Origin: Octopus vulgaris
Taxonomy: Eukaryota
NCBI GenBank assembly: GCA_951406725.2
Contig: OX597823.1
Coordinates: forward strand, 92,566,001 to 92,630,000
DNA length: 64,000 nucleotides
Direction: 5' to 3'
Below, one piece after another: positions 12,939 through 29,026 of this stretch (its first letter is position 1; every line of letters begins with the position of its first letter). Made by a program: the position numbers and the translations under genes. A model generated the notes under the pieces. That model was given only the letters and a program-made list of their open reading frames with translations. It was not told the origin of the DNA and made no database searches.

Positions 12939-14324
12939 AATATATAAATATATAAATATATACATACATATATATATATATATATATAATAGAAGTAAGA
13001 AAAGTAAAGTATGAATGAGAAGAGAATGGATGCAGAGGATGTTGAAGGGAAAACGTAACTGATGAAGGATGGTTGCAACCGAAACAGGAAGTGAAATATG
13101 AAACATTGAATATTTTAAACTAAATAAAATGAAAGCCATTTATTTTATTTTCTGTTTGGATTTTTTAAAAATATTTTAAAAATAATATTTGTTTATTATC
13201 TGGAACAATTTATTTTGAAAAGCAATAAATAAAAATAAATTGAACGGGGTTAAAGGTTAATGAGCATGGTTTTGATTGATTAGATTTCAGCAAAAGGAAA
13301 CCTTTTGAACATTAAGAAGTCATTTTACTTTAGGACTTCCTCCTTCATGACGATGCCTACATCAAGAATCGTTTGAAGAATGGCGCTATTGTGATTCTTA
13401 TCTATGGTTCGCAGGCTTATAACTTAATATTTCAAAATGAATCTATTGTTATTAAAGTGAAATGTTGTTTGATGTTGTATCGTTGCTATTTTTGTTGTTG
13501 TGTTCTAAAATATTTTTTTTTGTATAGAATGATTTCATGTATTATTTTTTTTTCATTTATTTTATTTTATTTATGTTTTTTATTTCGCTCTGAATTATGT
13601 ATACATTTCTTTTCCTTTCAATAAATAAAAGAAAATATTCAACTAGGAAAAAATAATTTACACAAATATATTCAATAGTCTATTATAGACTATTAATATC
13701 GTAACATTAATAAATTGCAACAATACCACAGCGGTGTTCTAGGAATCCTGAGTGTTGGGAAATTTCTTGCAGCCAGCTCTGAGATTCCAGAACTGAGTTC
13801 AAAATCTATGGCGAGAGAATTTGCCATTTATCGTTCACAACAATTATATTTAATAGCAATTTAATTACGAAAGTAATTAAAAATCAGGTAAGCAACTCTT
13901 AAAAAGGCCTAAGTGGTTAGTGGTGGTTATAATTCATGAAATAGTTAGATACAAGAATTGCAAGGTTAGCGAACTGAATGCGTTCGGCGCTTCGCTTTCA
14001 CGTTTCTTTATATTCTGAGATCGAATAACACCAAGTGTGAATTTGTATTTCCTCCCTCCATGGTCGGGTCAATAAATGAACACTAGTAAAGTTGTAGAGA
14101 CACTCGAATCGGTCAAAAGTATATTGAAGTATGCCTGGTTATGTGTGAAAGTTACGCAACGAAATCAGTATATTTAGAGAGGTAAATGAAGGTAAACGCT
14201 GGATGATAAGTAGATTTATTGTAGCAGCGGACCGGTGGTAAATTTTCTGTTTCCCCACAGAGTTCAAATTTGAGATAATTTTCTTCTAACATCCTTTGCA
14301 GATCGATTAACGTTCAATTACAAT

Positions 14325-14530
14325 CTTTTATTTTATAGTTATAGCAGTCATTGCACTGTGGCCATGCCTGGGCACTGCTTTGAAATATTTTAGTCCAACA
14401 AACCGACTCACGAGACTGGTAGATAATCTGAGGGTCCGTTTTACTGAAAAGCCAACTAAGAGAGACGTGCACTGAGCAACACCGGTTATCAAGTGGTGGT
14501 GATGGAAAACAGAAACACATAGAGATACAC
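14325..14530 (-). mobile_element. SINE family A tail, degenerate
   Basis: cagtcatt..actgtggccatgc...aaaagccaactaag...caacaccggtt resembles the family A 3' half. Confidence 0.55.
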
Positions 14531-15257
14531 AGCTAAACATATACGTGTGCCTGTGTGCATGTCTATCTGAAATTTCTGGTATTGTGCTAAAATTTGAAAC
14601 CATTATCCAGTCCCATAGTAAAATTAAATTTACATTATGTTATTTGCGTTCAGTGGTAGAATAACCAATGAAGTCCTGCGTAAATGACATCCAGTATACT
14701 ATTCCGAGAGTCTGTGAGTGTTTGTGCCAATATTAAAATGATCAGTTCAGGAGTATTTCATCGACTGTTCCATTTGATCGCAAGTGCATATTAAGTGATG
14801 AATATTTGTGTCTTATGCACTTTATAATATGCGTAAAAGTTTCATACCGGGAAGAAACAATTCCGTTCACACACACATACATATGCATACATATATGCAT
14901 GCCCGCACTTACATAATACACACATAGACACGTACATACATGGATGCACTTATGCACAACACACACACATATATGTATACATACACGTATACATATGCAC
15001 ATTCTAACGTATATACACACATATGATAATTACATAATCAAAATCTACAGGGCACACTTTCTTGTAGATTACACCAGTACCATAAAACTTCACGTACTCA
15101 AGTTCTACATAGAACAAATAATTTCAACGGTTGTTTCTAACGGTAAACGCTACGCGTTCATGGTGTTAGACTACCAGCATAAATGGCCTTATAATTGCTC
15201 CTGTTTTTGTTGCAAAAAGGCTCACCCCAAAACTTATGATAACACTGGATAAAAATA

Positions 15258-16543
15258 CACGAGGGCTTACCCAAAAGAGACCGGTACCATGCAATATCAT
15301 TTCGGTCACTTAGTTTTACATGTTTACACTTTTATCGCCTTCAATGTATTCTCCATTTTAAGCAATACATCGGTTGAGACACGTTTTCCATTGTTCGAAG
15401 CAGTTCTGGAACGCTTGCCAAATGATCCTGATATGGCCACCGTCGTTGTTTTTCCTTCACCTCTTCCACATCTTGAAGGGCTTTTTCATTCGGGGGAAGA
15501 AAAAGAGAAAGAAAAAACGCACAGGGAGCAGCATCAGGTACATCGGGAGTATGGGTATGCGGGGTCATGCTACTTTTGGTCACAGACTCTCATAAACTCA
15601 AGGCGGAGTTCACAGGCATATCCACTTTATAAAACTACCACTCTTTACGTTGCCATATGTCGGGGCGTTTTCGTCTCACTGAGTCTCGGAAACGCTTCAG
15701 AATTGTCAAGTAAAATGCCTGGCTAACAGATTGACCAGGAGGAACAAATTCGGTGTCGAAAATTCCTTTCGCATCAATGAAACTAATCAGCATAGTCTTG
15801 ATATTGGGCTTCACTTAACGTAGTTTTGGGTGGCGTGGTGATATTGACTGGATTGCTGCTTCGTTTCCGGGTCGTAGCCGTAGCACCAGCTTTCGTCACC
15901 AGTGATGAACTTCGAGGAAAATTTTGCATCAAATTCCAACTGTTTTTTTTTTCAGTTCACAACACGCATTCAGTCATGACTGCTTTTGATCTTCCGTGAT
16001 CATGAGAGGCACAACTTTTGTTGCTTCTGTTTTCATTCGTAATTCCTCGCTCAAAATTCGTTGCCAGGATTTCCAAGACGCACCAAATATATTAACAAGT
16101 ACATCAATTTTTCAGCGATAGTCCTCCAAGATCTGTTCATGAATTTTCGTGATATTTTTATTCGTTCGGGAGGTTAATGGTTGCCCTGAACAAGGTTGGT
16201 GTTCAAAGCGACAAGTGAACATTCCTTGTAAGCCCTTTCAAACATGACAACCGTTTCGGTCACTGTTTTCCCCAGCAGAAAACATAATTTCACGGTAGCA
16301 CGCTGTTCCTTCTTTTGAGCAATCGCAAAAATTGAAGAACAGGCGGAAGCACTGCAAAACAAAGACGCACAGCTTGGCAGTAAAACTTCAAGCAATAAGA
16401 TAGAATTCCATCAAAAATTCCCGAAATAGACAAAGTCATATCCCAAACTTTAGAATTTTCTGTGTACTTTACTGCACACAAACTCATTTCTCTCTTCGCT
16501 AATAGAAAGACCGACATCGGGTGTTTTCTGGTAGTTTCCAGGT
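15258..16543 (-). mobile_element. Decayed mariner transposon
   Basis: Minus-strand fragments EQRATVKLCFLLGKTVTETVVMFERAY (mariner N-terminal HTH) and ITGDESWCYGYDPETKQQSS (first catalytic D). About 1.3 kb with degenerate TIR-like ends, many stops and frameshifts. Confidence 0.85.
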
Positions 16544-18088
16544 AATCTTTATACAATGATTGTAATATGTCTGATGGGTTACATCTAATCCTTCTTCGTA
16601 TCCCTTGTTTGACTAATAGTACTCCTTCGCCCAGTAAATAAGTTTCGAATAATACCAAGCACTACTAAAAGACAGTATTAGATTTTATGAAAAACCGGGT
16701 GTTATTGTTGACAAAACGTAGCCGCGTAAAAGGCATCCGTTTTGCTTCCAAAAGTAAAAACAGAATTTTTTTTAAAATTATGTCGCTGTGTAAGATGAGT
16801 CTCCTACAACGAATAAAATTTATATTTGTGACTGAATTATGCAGCCGAAACCCTGAATGATTAAAGAATTTGCCCTGATACTCACATTTTCGTAAACTTA
16901 TTTAAAAGTTGAAATTGATAAGAAATTTCTGAACAGTGTAGACTTTAATACATAATCCAAACTAGTTGATAAGCATTTTTGATTCTAGTTTTGCTGTAGA
17001 TAACACTTCCAAACATTCCTTCTGAGGAGTACATTAGTCTAGTAAGCTGTTGGCCGGATTTGAAAGAGTAAAACCTTTAGCATATGGCCTCACTGGTTAA
17101 GGAATATAAGAGAAATTATCAACTGTTATTCCGTCTCAATAATCGGAAACTGCGAATACTGTAAATTTCTCTATTATATTACCAAACAGTGAATGAATTA
17201 CTCAGACATTATTTATTGATCACATATATCTATGATAATCCTAATTATTTCATATAATGAGATTCAATTGCCGACATGTTACTGATATTTATGAGCACAG
17301 AGTGTCTGTTTCAAAACTGCATTACGGGTGATCAGAATTAAGCACGGCTCTGGAATTAAACAAATAAACCATCGATAATTAAGCAGTGGTCAGTCTTCTT
17401 AGAGCAATTGACTGCCACTCAACACAAGACATAATTAAAAGAAACTAGATGGAGTCGATGATTTAAAATTGGAAGTTACAGCTGCAGACTGAACACCGAA
17501 TATTCTCTTTATTCAATATGGTACCAACCCAACAACGCATCTATGGACATCTATAGACAGCTCTAACAACTATGTTGGCAATTACGAATGAATGTACATA
17601 AGTACGTAACCTGAAGAGCAATAGTCTGTGGTTTGTACTTAGGTCTCTGTAATCGAGAAGAATAAAGTGTACAGACTTGCAATTAGAGAAGAGGAAGACG
17701 TTACAAAGAAGAGATAAGAGATGTAATCAATGCTGTATAGAGAGTCAGATGTAGGCGGATGCGAGGGAAACATTATCAATGATAATCATAGTGTATGTAT
17801 CTATCTATCAATATGTGTGTATATATATGCATATGTATATATGCACATATATACACAAGCACATATGTGCACACACACCTATATATACATATATATGTAT
17901 GTATATGCGTGAATATATATACATATATATGTATATGCGTGTATATATATACATATATATGTATATATATGCGTGTATATATATACATATATATGTATAT
18001 ATATGCGTGTATATATATGAACGTATGTATACACATACCTATAGACATTTATAGACATACATCCATATACATAAATTCATATTTACAT

Positions 18089-18126
<38 letters not shown>

Positions 18127-19221
18127 TTATTTATATATCACTACGCATCATCTTCCAAGTAAGTTTCATCTTAATTTTGATGCGCACTCTATACGATTGT
18201 TTTACTCTTTCGATTTTCTCTCTTTCACTCTCTTATTTTTTTACTTCGTCTTCTCCCACTAGTCTATCATATCACTTTGTCACTCTGTCCCTCACTCGTC
18301 CTCCCTTGCTCACGTGGTTTCTACGTGACCATCGGTCATCTTTCTTTCTTCTAACTTGTGTTTCTTTCCCTCCGTTGTAGCTGGAACAAGGAAGACGTGT
18401 TCTTATCTGTCTCCTGTCCAAGCTTGATTTACGCGTTCGCCACCACAATCTCGTTTAGACTTAGTAGCCCTTCCTGTTTGTGTTAACAATTTTGATCCTC
18501 CGCAAAATCCCAAGCTATATACAATTTGCTTTGCGGTAGCAACTGTTTTAATGAAAGCGTATAATGTTGTTAAATGTTTGAAATATGAGAGTAGAAAAAC
18601 AGCCAATAACTGATGAAGGGTCGTTCTTTATGTTGTTTGTTTTGTTTTCCATTTGTGTCTTTCGTTGTTCGAAAAAATAGTTCATATTCCATGTACTCGT
18701 ACTTCGTATTTAAAAGCAGCGAAAATATCACAAAAACTGTTATTCAGAGTTTCACGTTCCCGTTCTTCGGACAGTTTTGCTTAGAATGGAACAAAATAAG
18801 GTCATATGCATAAATATACGATTAGTTTGATAGAGTCACATTTTTATGTGAAGTATGTGTGTGTGTGTATATCAGTTGGCTAAGAGAAACAACTCAAACA
18901 GACTCTGGAAGGAATATGAAAAACTGGATACGCGTAAAGGTCTGTTATATATCTTACAACTTCAATTATTACTAGAGGAGGACCAGTGGCTTCGAAATTA
19001 ATGTTACTGTCTTTTGTGTGTGTGAGAGAGAGTGAGAGATAGTGAGAGAGAGAGTGAGAACGAGATAGTAAGCACATATAGAGCGAGATAGAAAGCGCCT
19101 ACGCTCATATAGAAAGAGAAATATATGCATTTATAGGCATGCTTAAATGTACATAGATACGTACTCATATGTGTGTATGTACGCGTATGTACGTGTGTAA
19201 TCATGTGGAGAAATATATGCG

Positions 19222-19900
19222 ATATAGTAGGAAAACCTTCCTGGACTAGTTATGTCTAATAAAAAATAGCTTATTTCCCTAAGTTTTAACACCATTTCCT
19301 TCGAAATAGTCATCTTTCGTTGCAATACACCTTTCCCAGAATTTCTGCGACTTTTTGAATCCGGTCTGGAAGTCATTTTCTGTAAGCGGGTCGAGGAACT
19401 TCTGCGATTCGGTCTGGATCTCGACAACAGTGTTCAAATAGCGAACTCCATCTTGGAAAAAGATATGGAAGTTCGCAGGTGCTAATTCTGGCAAATAGGG
19501 CCGGTGCAGTAGAGATACGGTGTTGTTTTTGGTGGGAAACTCACGATGAGGCGAGCTCAGTGACGATGCAGGGATGAAGGGATCTTCGACTGTGAGGATT
19601 GCTGCTTCGTCTCAAGGCCGTAACCTGAAGTATTTTTAATGTCTCTGTAGCAGACGTCCGAAGTTTAATGCAAAATTTAACGTTTGCTCCTTTTTCCAGT
19701 CCATGCCAGAACCGTAGACTACAGCATACAAGTGATCACAAAAACGTGAACTTCCTACCTTGAGAAGTAAACACAACTACATCACTCAACATATTGCCTC
19801 ATAAAGGTCACTGCTAGCTCTCACTGCACACACAACCATATGCTGCCATCTGCTGGCGCGCTACAGAACAAGTCCGGGGACTTTTTGATACTACCTCGTA
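19222..19900 (-). mobile_element. Internally deleted mariner transposon
   Basis: PELAPANFHIF...FWERCIATKDDYFEG matches the mariner C-terminus. TIR-like end gtccggggactttttgatactacctcgTA. Confidence 0.75.
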
Positions 19901-20734
19901 AATATATACACCGTCAAACGCATGAAAGTTAAGGCTCAAAGTGGATCCAACTATAAATAATACAAATATATTTGATTAAAACCCAGAGTGTGGGTAAAAG
20001 ATCGAACTGCAACGTTAAAATTGATTCATGTTATTTTATTTCTTTAACGAAGAAATCGAATGAGCATGTATTTTTGAAGCATTAAGTAATCGCTTTGATC
20101 ATCTCCGTTATTGATAAATGTTTGATTGGAAATCTTTTATTTTTTTATATTTTTAGCATAGCTTTTATCAGCAGATTAGCTTTTACCTATTAATTGAAGT
20201 TGTTTTGTGCGTAAGAAGGAATTTGCAGTAATTACAAGTGATTAGTCTATTTAACTAAAACGGTCATGTGATTTCCCTGATTGACCAAATATTTTTGTCT
20301 TCTTTGCCGTTTGTATTTCCAACAATATTTCGAATTTTTCGCTCACGTGATTGCCTCGTCTGCTTCAACTACGATTTCCTTATCTGTTTAGTTTTAAAGT
20401 CAAATAAGCTGATTTACGAAAGCAATATATAATTCCCTTATCGCCTTATTTTCAATTTCACTGAAATCTAGAATATATACGCCATCTTTGTCCCTTGTTT
20501 ACTAGATTATTTATATGGCTTTTAAAAGCTGTCTCTGCATAAACTGATGAGATTGTCTTGCAAGTAACTAGCCTTATTGTTTTTCTTTTCCCTTTTCTAA
20601 ATGTATTGCAGCAATTACCCTTTTTCTAAATCCAATCAGCAATATTCATTAAGCAATGGCATCATTCCGTCAACGTATCAGTTTTCGTAACTGCTGCCTT
20701 TCTAAATAGCATGTGTACTCTGAAGTTAAATTAC

Positions 20735-20850
20735 AGTTTTATTCTGCTCATATACTTCTATGTGTACTCGCATATTCTGCTCATATAGCTCTATGTGTAC
20801 TCTCAGTTTTATTCTGCTAATATGCCTCTATGTGTACTCTCATATTTCTA
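20735..20850. repeat. Short imperfect tandem repeat (ttctgctcatat...ctatgtgtactc, about 3 copies)
   Basis: ctatgtgtactc recurs near 20758, 20791 and 20828. Confidence 0.7.
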
Positions 20851-23186
20851 TACTAAATCTAGCACAATTACATCAACTACACATTTGTACTACCTTTTTT
20901 ACACGACCAACTTTTTCCTAAAAACGTTGAAAACAAATATTTTAGAATTGATCATCAAAATTAACTTATCCGGTGAATCACCTTTGTTCACCTTAAAACT
21001 ATTGCAGGGTTTCATATATTCTACACTGAAGGGGATTCATTGAAAACTGAAACTTATTTTTAAAAGAAATACCTTTATGCAATGTGTCTCTTATTCTATG
21101 GGTCTGTTTTGCAGAAATTTTAAGTTACGGGTACGTAAACACGCTAACACGAGTTGTGAAACAGTGGTGGGAAGTAAACACATACATACAGTCAGACACA
21201 CCCACACGTGTGTGCCGGTGACACGTAGAAAGCACCCGTACTCATGACACATAAAAGGCACCCAGTACATTCTGTAAAGCGGTTGGCTTTAAGAAGGGCC
21301 AACAAAAACTCTAATAGTGACTTCAGTATCTCACAATTGGCAAAAACATCTGCAAGCAATGCACAGCTCTAGAGAAATACCGAAATACTTCTCTGGAATG
21401 TGCACACTTTATTGTGACTTACGAATTGCCTATCAGGGTACCTTGATAGAAATATTACTTCAGGAACTGTTCCATCAGGGCATCCCTCAACCAACTCAAA
21501 CCATACTGGATCACGAATTATCTGTCAGTAGTATGCATTAATCGAGAGATCCTGACAAGACAAACTCACAAATATCTATCAAATTACCTCTTATCCAACG
21601 CGTGCCTCACTGCTTTGCGAATTATTTATCAATTTAATTAGAACTTTGGAAACACTTTGAAAGACATTCAAATTACGCAGTGATGTATTCCAATGGTATA
21701 TAACACTCAACTCTTACGATTATAGCTGATACATATCTTAATGTCAAATTAAATGGAAGACATCATACACAGAGGAGGACATAACATGCTCCCACATTAG
21801 CTAGACGCACAACGACTCAACAGCTAGAAACATGGCTCGATGCAAATAATCGAAACGTAGCTCCACCCTAATCTCCTGTCTTTCTTGTTAACAACAACAC
21901 CAAACACCATGAACTACAACAAATATTCTCTTATAATTCACGCATGTGCGTTATATACAGCAGGCTACAACTATTTTTGTGTGTGAGTGTAGGAGAAAGT
22001 GTGTTTGAGTTTAGGGTAAGATGCGTGAGTGAGTGTAAGTATGTGTGGTCATTTGGCTCGTTTCTGTAGCGGTATGACTAGTGTGTGACGATATTTTTCA
22101 AGTAGTGGAGTGCATCTAATTATTTCTCATTCCCATTCAATATCTCTCCATGCTACGTCGGAAACTCTTGCTCGCTGCCAGCGCCTCCCTTACCGAGTTT
22201 CCAATCATTAGCTATGGAGCTAGCATGCAGTGATGCCTGCTGTTTGAAAATGGAATTTCTCCTTGGTCCATAATAAAAGACTGTCGATTTCATAGCGGTT
22301 GTATTGGCAGAAATTCATTCTCAGGACCAAATCAATGAGAGCGATGACAGTCTTCTAGCTTTTATATTTGCTAGTCTACTATTGGAAATGTGTTATTATT
22401 TATTTATGTATTTATTTCATTATTCTTATTGGTTATTCTGTATTCATTTCTTGTTTTTGTGTTTGTACTGGTGTGATATTTATTTTTATTTTCGTTCTTT
22501 ATTAACCTTCTTCGCTTTGGATATAGATTCATTTGAAACAATCATTGACAAAGATGATTGTTGCCATGATATGTATGTTTGAGTTTGTGTGTATATTCAA
22601 GCAATAGAGGAGAGGATAAAAGAAAAATGTTTGTTAGGATGACTACAGAATAACATAAAACCATAGCCGTGAATGCATGATATATGAATCAAAAGACAAA
22701 CTAGCTTCGGGGAGAACATAATGGACCCTCTCTTCAGAGTCCACAATCAATGATAAATTGTTTACCGATTCTAAATGGTATCTTGCATGGATAATCAGAA
22801 AGAATTCAACAAATAAATGGAAGAATAAAATGAAAAAGGAAAGAAAAAAAATATACGAGATAAAAAGCGACAACAAGGAGCAGTACGTAACATGATAGTT
22901 AACGCATAGAAGCAGCAATACATTCAATGGCCGACTGGACTAGATAGTCAGGCTTTTGTAGCGTGCTTAGTGAGAATAAAGACAAGCAGACTAGTTATTT
23001 TTTTGGCTTTTCAGGCAACTGGAGGTATTTCGATAAATAAATCGGTAAATAAAGAAAAAATATTGTATGTTAGCAGAAATATAGATACGTTTGAAAATGG
23101 AGAGGGTATTTAATTGGGTTAATGGGTAAATAGCTGTCTGTTTGATACATATGTGTCTGTGTGTGTATGCATGTATACATATATGC

Positions 23187-23238
<52 letters not shown>

Positions 23239-23407
23239 ATAGATATACATACGTATATATATATATATGTGTGTGTGTGTAATAATTTTTATATTTACAC
23301 ACAAGTATATGTGTATGAAATTTGTATGCATCTATCTGTCTGCCTGTTGGTCTGTCTCGCTTTCTCTCTCCCCCATCTCTCTCTCTCTATATATATATAT
23401 ATGTATG

Positions 23408-23441
<34 letters not shown>

Positions 23442-24059
23442 TGTATGTATGTATGTATGTATGTATGTATGTATGTGTGTCTGTGTTTCTTATGTATATA
23501 ATCATGTAAAATAATTATCTATTGCGTCATAAAGGTAAAATCGATAAATAGAGTAATGTAAATTTGATTTTCTGTGAGGTTGGAAAATATGCAAAATTTG
23601 TTAGGAAGGAAATAAATATGATGCGGCAGAGTTTTTCTAACATAGAGTATGTAAAACTCTGCTCTGTCTCATTATTTTTGCTTCTCTTAGCTTTACCCTG
23701 GAGCGGGGCTCTGCTGGTTATTCCACTTCCCTCTGCCCATTCACTTTCATTTTTTATCGAATTAACTCTATAAATATTTCTCACCCACAACAACATCATT
23801 GCCTTTAGAGTCTGATCATAATACACGATTTACGGATACTAGAAATGCTGGTGAACAACGTATCACAGACAGGCTCTGGCGCAACAATTGTGAGCTGTTA
23901 CAAAGACAGCATAAGTTATGTTCAGCCAGTAGACATCTTTGTTTAGATACATAGAGCACAGAGGACGGACGTTTTTAAAAGGTTCAAAGAATCATTAATT
24001 GAAGCTGCAAACTGACTTTATTGACATCTATGTATTTGTATTGAAGTAGCATTTGTCAA

Positions 24060-24500
24060 AATCAAGTTTTAAAAAAAATATCCATCATGTGGTGTCCGTT
24101 TTCATTTATGCATTTATTAAGGCTTTCTTGAAAGTTGGCCTCCACTCTCTCCAGCATCGCTCTGTGCATAGTCCCATGGTTTCAACTGTTGCCCAATAAC
24201 CACTTCGTACGGGTGGAAATGCAGGTCTTCATGCAAAATACGCCGTATCGATCGATTACTGATGCCAAGTTCAATAGAATGCCTCCCAGTCGAGCGATTC
24301 GGACGCGTATCAAAACTTATCTGACGCGTCACTTTCATAGGCAAACATGCGATGATCTATCGTCCAGAGCGCCATGGCTTCACCTGAAAAGGGAACAAAT
24401 GTTAAGACACCGCGGTCTCAATGGTATCTGTCGGACATATGTCCCTTCTGATGGGCCTGAGTAATAGCTATTTCAAATACATCTATCCTCTCTGCCGCTG
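24060..24500 (-). mobile_element. Tc1/mariner-superfamily transposase N-terminal relic
   Basis: RSTGRHSIELGISNRSIRRILHEDLHFHPYEVVIGQQLKPWDY is typical of the HTH linker of IS630-Tc1-mariner transposases. Confidence 0.7.
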
Positions 24501-25199
24501 TCTATAGTTTTGAGCCTGTAGCTATTGAAAAAATGATGTTGTTCCCTTTGTAAAATGAGAAGCAGTCCTACATAGCGCTATGACTAGTGAGGAAGATGTT
24601 GAATGAAAGAAAGATAGTAATTTTAGAAATGGTTGAATGAAAGGGAGGTAATAATAAAAAAGATTAAATGAAAGCGAGATAAGAATGGTGATCCCAACGA
24701 ACTAAGGTGCGCGAGTGTGTCTATATGTGAGAATGGTTGGTGTGAGTGTGTCTGCAAATGGAGCGAGTGAGTTTGACGTGCATTTGTGTGTAACGTGTGT
24801 GTGTTGTGTGTAGCAGCTGATGTTTTTCAAGTGGTGTATGCACATGTGTATGAGTGTGTGCGTGTCTGTGACCAAATACTGGCATATGTATAGTATATTT
24901 TTGTACGCGAAATTCATCTTTGTCTATACGTGTTGTATAAATAGTGTGTGAGTTCAGCTATTATGTGGTTGTATGAGTGTGGGAGTGTTCATGAGGGTGT
25001 GTGTTGTGAGTACTGAGTTAGACAGTGTGTGTGACTGTTCGTATAGTGGTATGTGTGATGACGTATATTTGTCTGTCCTTGTTTGTCCCCTCTGTGTTTA
25101 GCCCCTTGTGTGTAGTAAAGAAATAGGTATGTGTGGTGTAGCTGTTGAGAAGTGGTCGGTGGTAGGGCGTGTGGAGTGGAAAGATATTGTGGGAAAGTT

Positions 25200-25925
25200 A
25201 GGGAAGGTGTTGTGGGTGTGAGTGTAATGGTGTGTGAAGTGAGGGAGCGGACAAGTTCGGCCAGGCAAAGATGCGTGAAGGCGTCAGGTTGAGGGTCAGC
25301 TAAATGCCAAGGAAGTGCTTGAGCGCAAGAAGCCCCTCGCTGTGTGCGATCACCATATATAAACTTTTAGTGCCAAGAATGAATAGAGGTCGATCGGGGC
25401 CAGGAGAGAAAGAGAAGGAGTTAAACAAACGGAGAGCAGGATTGGTGTCATGGATGTGTGAGCAGAGGAAAGCCACTAGGAAATCAAGGAGACGGTCGAC
25501 GTATTTTGAGAACATTTCCGAGAGACAGTTGCAAGCGGAGACGATGGAGCGATAAGGGGTGTTTGACATATGGATCTTGGGTAGAAAGTGGGTAGGTTAC
25601 AGACAATTATGTTCAAGGCGGTGGGAGCGAAACGGGGGGAAGAAATGAGGTCAGGAATAGTGGAGGACAGAGGCCTATTGGTAGTTAGGCGTGGGGTTGG
25701 AGGGCACAAAGCAATAGAAGGAAGTACCTTGAAGCTGAGGGAGAGCTTCAGCCTTGTAAGTGTCTGCACCCCACCGCACTACACCTCCACCCTTCTCGGC
25801 CGGTTTGTTGATGACATATTTGCGGCGTCGGAGACATCGAAGGGCTGAGAGTTCGACCAGGGAGATGTTGAAACATCAGGGATGCCTGCAAAAGCTGAAC
25901 CGGTCATTGACTTCCAGACAGAAGA
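25200..25925 (-). mobile_element. Penelope-like element (PLE) reverse transcriptase relic
   Basis: INKPAEKGGGVVRW (PADKG motif), FLPKIHMSNTPYRSIVSACNC (LPKIHK..PxRPIVS), SHIHDTN and LFILGTKSLY.VIAHSEGL (DVxSLYT.IP) are PLE RT motifs. Frameshifted. Confidence 0.85.
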
Positions 25926-26085
25926 TAACCTGTCTTTTCTTTAAATTTATATAATGTTTTCCCATATTTGATTAGATGAGATACATCGAAGCCGGGAATA
26001 TTTTCTTTATATAATATTTTATTAAATTCTCAATTAAATTGAAATGTCTCAGACTAGCTTCTGTGCTGTTTCCACCTTAACTTTT

Positions 26086-26135
<50 letters not shown>

Positions 26136-26140
26136 GTATG

Positions 26141-26196
<56 letters not shown>

Positions 26197-26250
26197 CATT
26201 TATATATATATATAAATATATATATATTTATATATATATATGTATATATG

Positions 26251-26281
<31 letters not shown>

Positions 26282-26307
26282 ATATTTAGAGAGAGAGAGA
26301 GAGAGAG

Positions 26308-26340
<33 letters not shown>

Positions 26341-26359
26341 CATAGATAGATAGATAGAT

Positions 26360-26391
<32 letters not shown>

Positions 26392-27096
26392 GGATGGATG
26401 GATGATATAAATATAAATATAGATATAAATTAAATAAGTATTACTAACATTATTTAAAATGATGTTAATAATAAAGTGGTTAGCAATTTTAGACATTTAT
26501 AGGGAAAATATGAATAAAATACAGAAGGGTATTGTAATACTACCTGCTATGAACAGAGATGTCGCACTCAACCACAATATACTCGCTAAAAAATACACAC
26601 GGTGGATGCGACAAACATAGCAAATACAAGCTCACCTTGCATAGAAGACATAAGAAAGGATGTGTATAATTGAGGATCTCTGTATCGCTTTGTATATTTA
26701 GAAAATTCTTTAGCTCACCAGCCGGACTAAACACATAATACGCTATTCCTGAAATATTCATCACATGACACCGTGTGCGTTCTTACGTTAGAAAGCCCGG
26801 TGTCATTCAAAGAATGAACATAATGTGCATTATTAATAAATTTGAATTAAAGAAGTATCACTAGCAGTATTTAGTATAATGTTAATAATAAAGAGGCTCC
26901 GTCAACAATAACCCTCGAATAGAGTAGGCCGTGTAGTCCGAATCCTGGTTTAAATGACAATCAAGTTAGAAATGGTCTGGGCCAATACTGGCCGAAACCT
27001 GTCAAAATAAGTGTATATGTATATGGGTGTGGATGTGTTTGTCTGTATGTCTGTGTATGAATACATACATATATACACATATATATATATGTGTGT

Positions 27097-27153
<57 letters not shown>

Positions 27154-27406
27154 TGTGTGTGTGTGAGTGTGTGGGTTCACTGTAATTCATTATATATAGC
27201 GTTCTATCCATGAGGGAGCGGTGTCAGTTTGGGTGTGTCGAAACGATCGTTGTGATAAACGTTCCAGTATATAACTTCCGTATCCGTTACCACTACTTAT
27301 ACTACTTGCCAAACCACTAAGTTACGGGGACGTAAACACACCATCATCGGTTGTGAAGTAATGGTGGGGGACAAACACATACACACAAACATATGCACAC
27401 ACAAAC

Positions 27407-28930
<1,524 letters not shown>

Positions 28931-28967
28931 ATATATACGACGAGCTTCTTTCACATGCATACATACT

Positions 28968-29026
<59 letters not shown>

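Noticed and set aside
13065-13100. CTGATGA aggatggttgcaacc GAAA c hammerhead-like core
   Set aside because: No convincing helix I or NUH cleavage site downstream; at best a decayed motif.
18605-18750. aataa CTGATGA aggg motif
   Set aside because: No properly placed GAAA, helix II or helix III could be folded.
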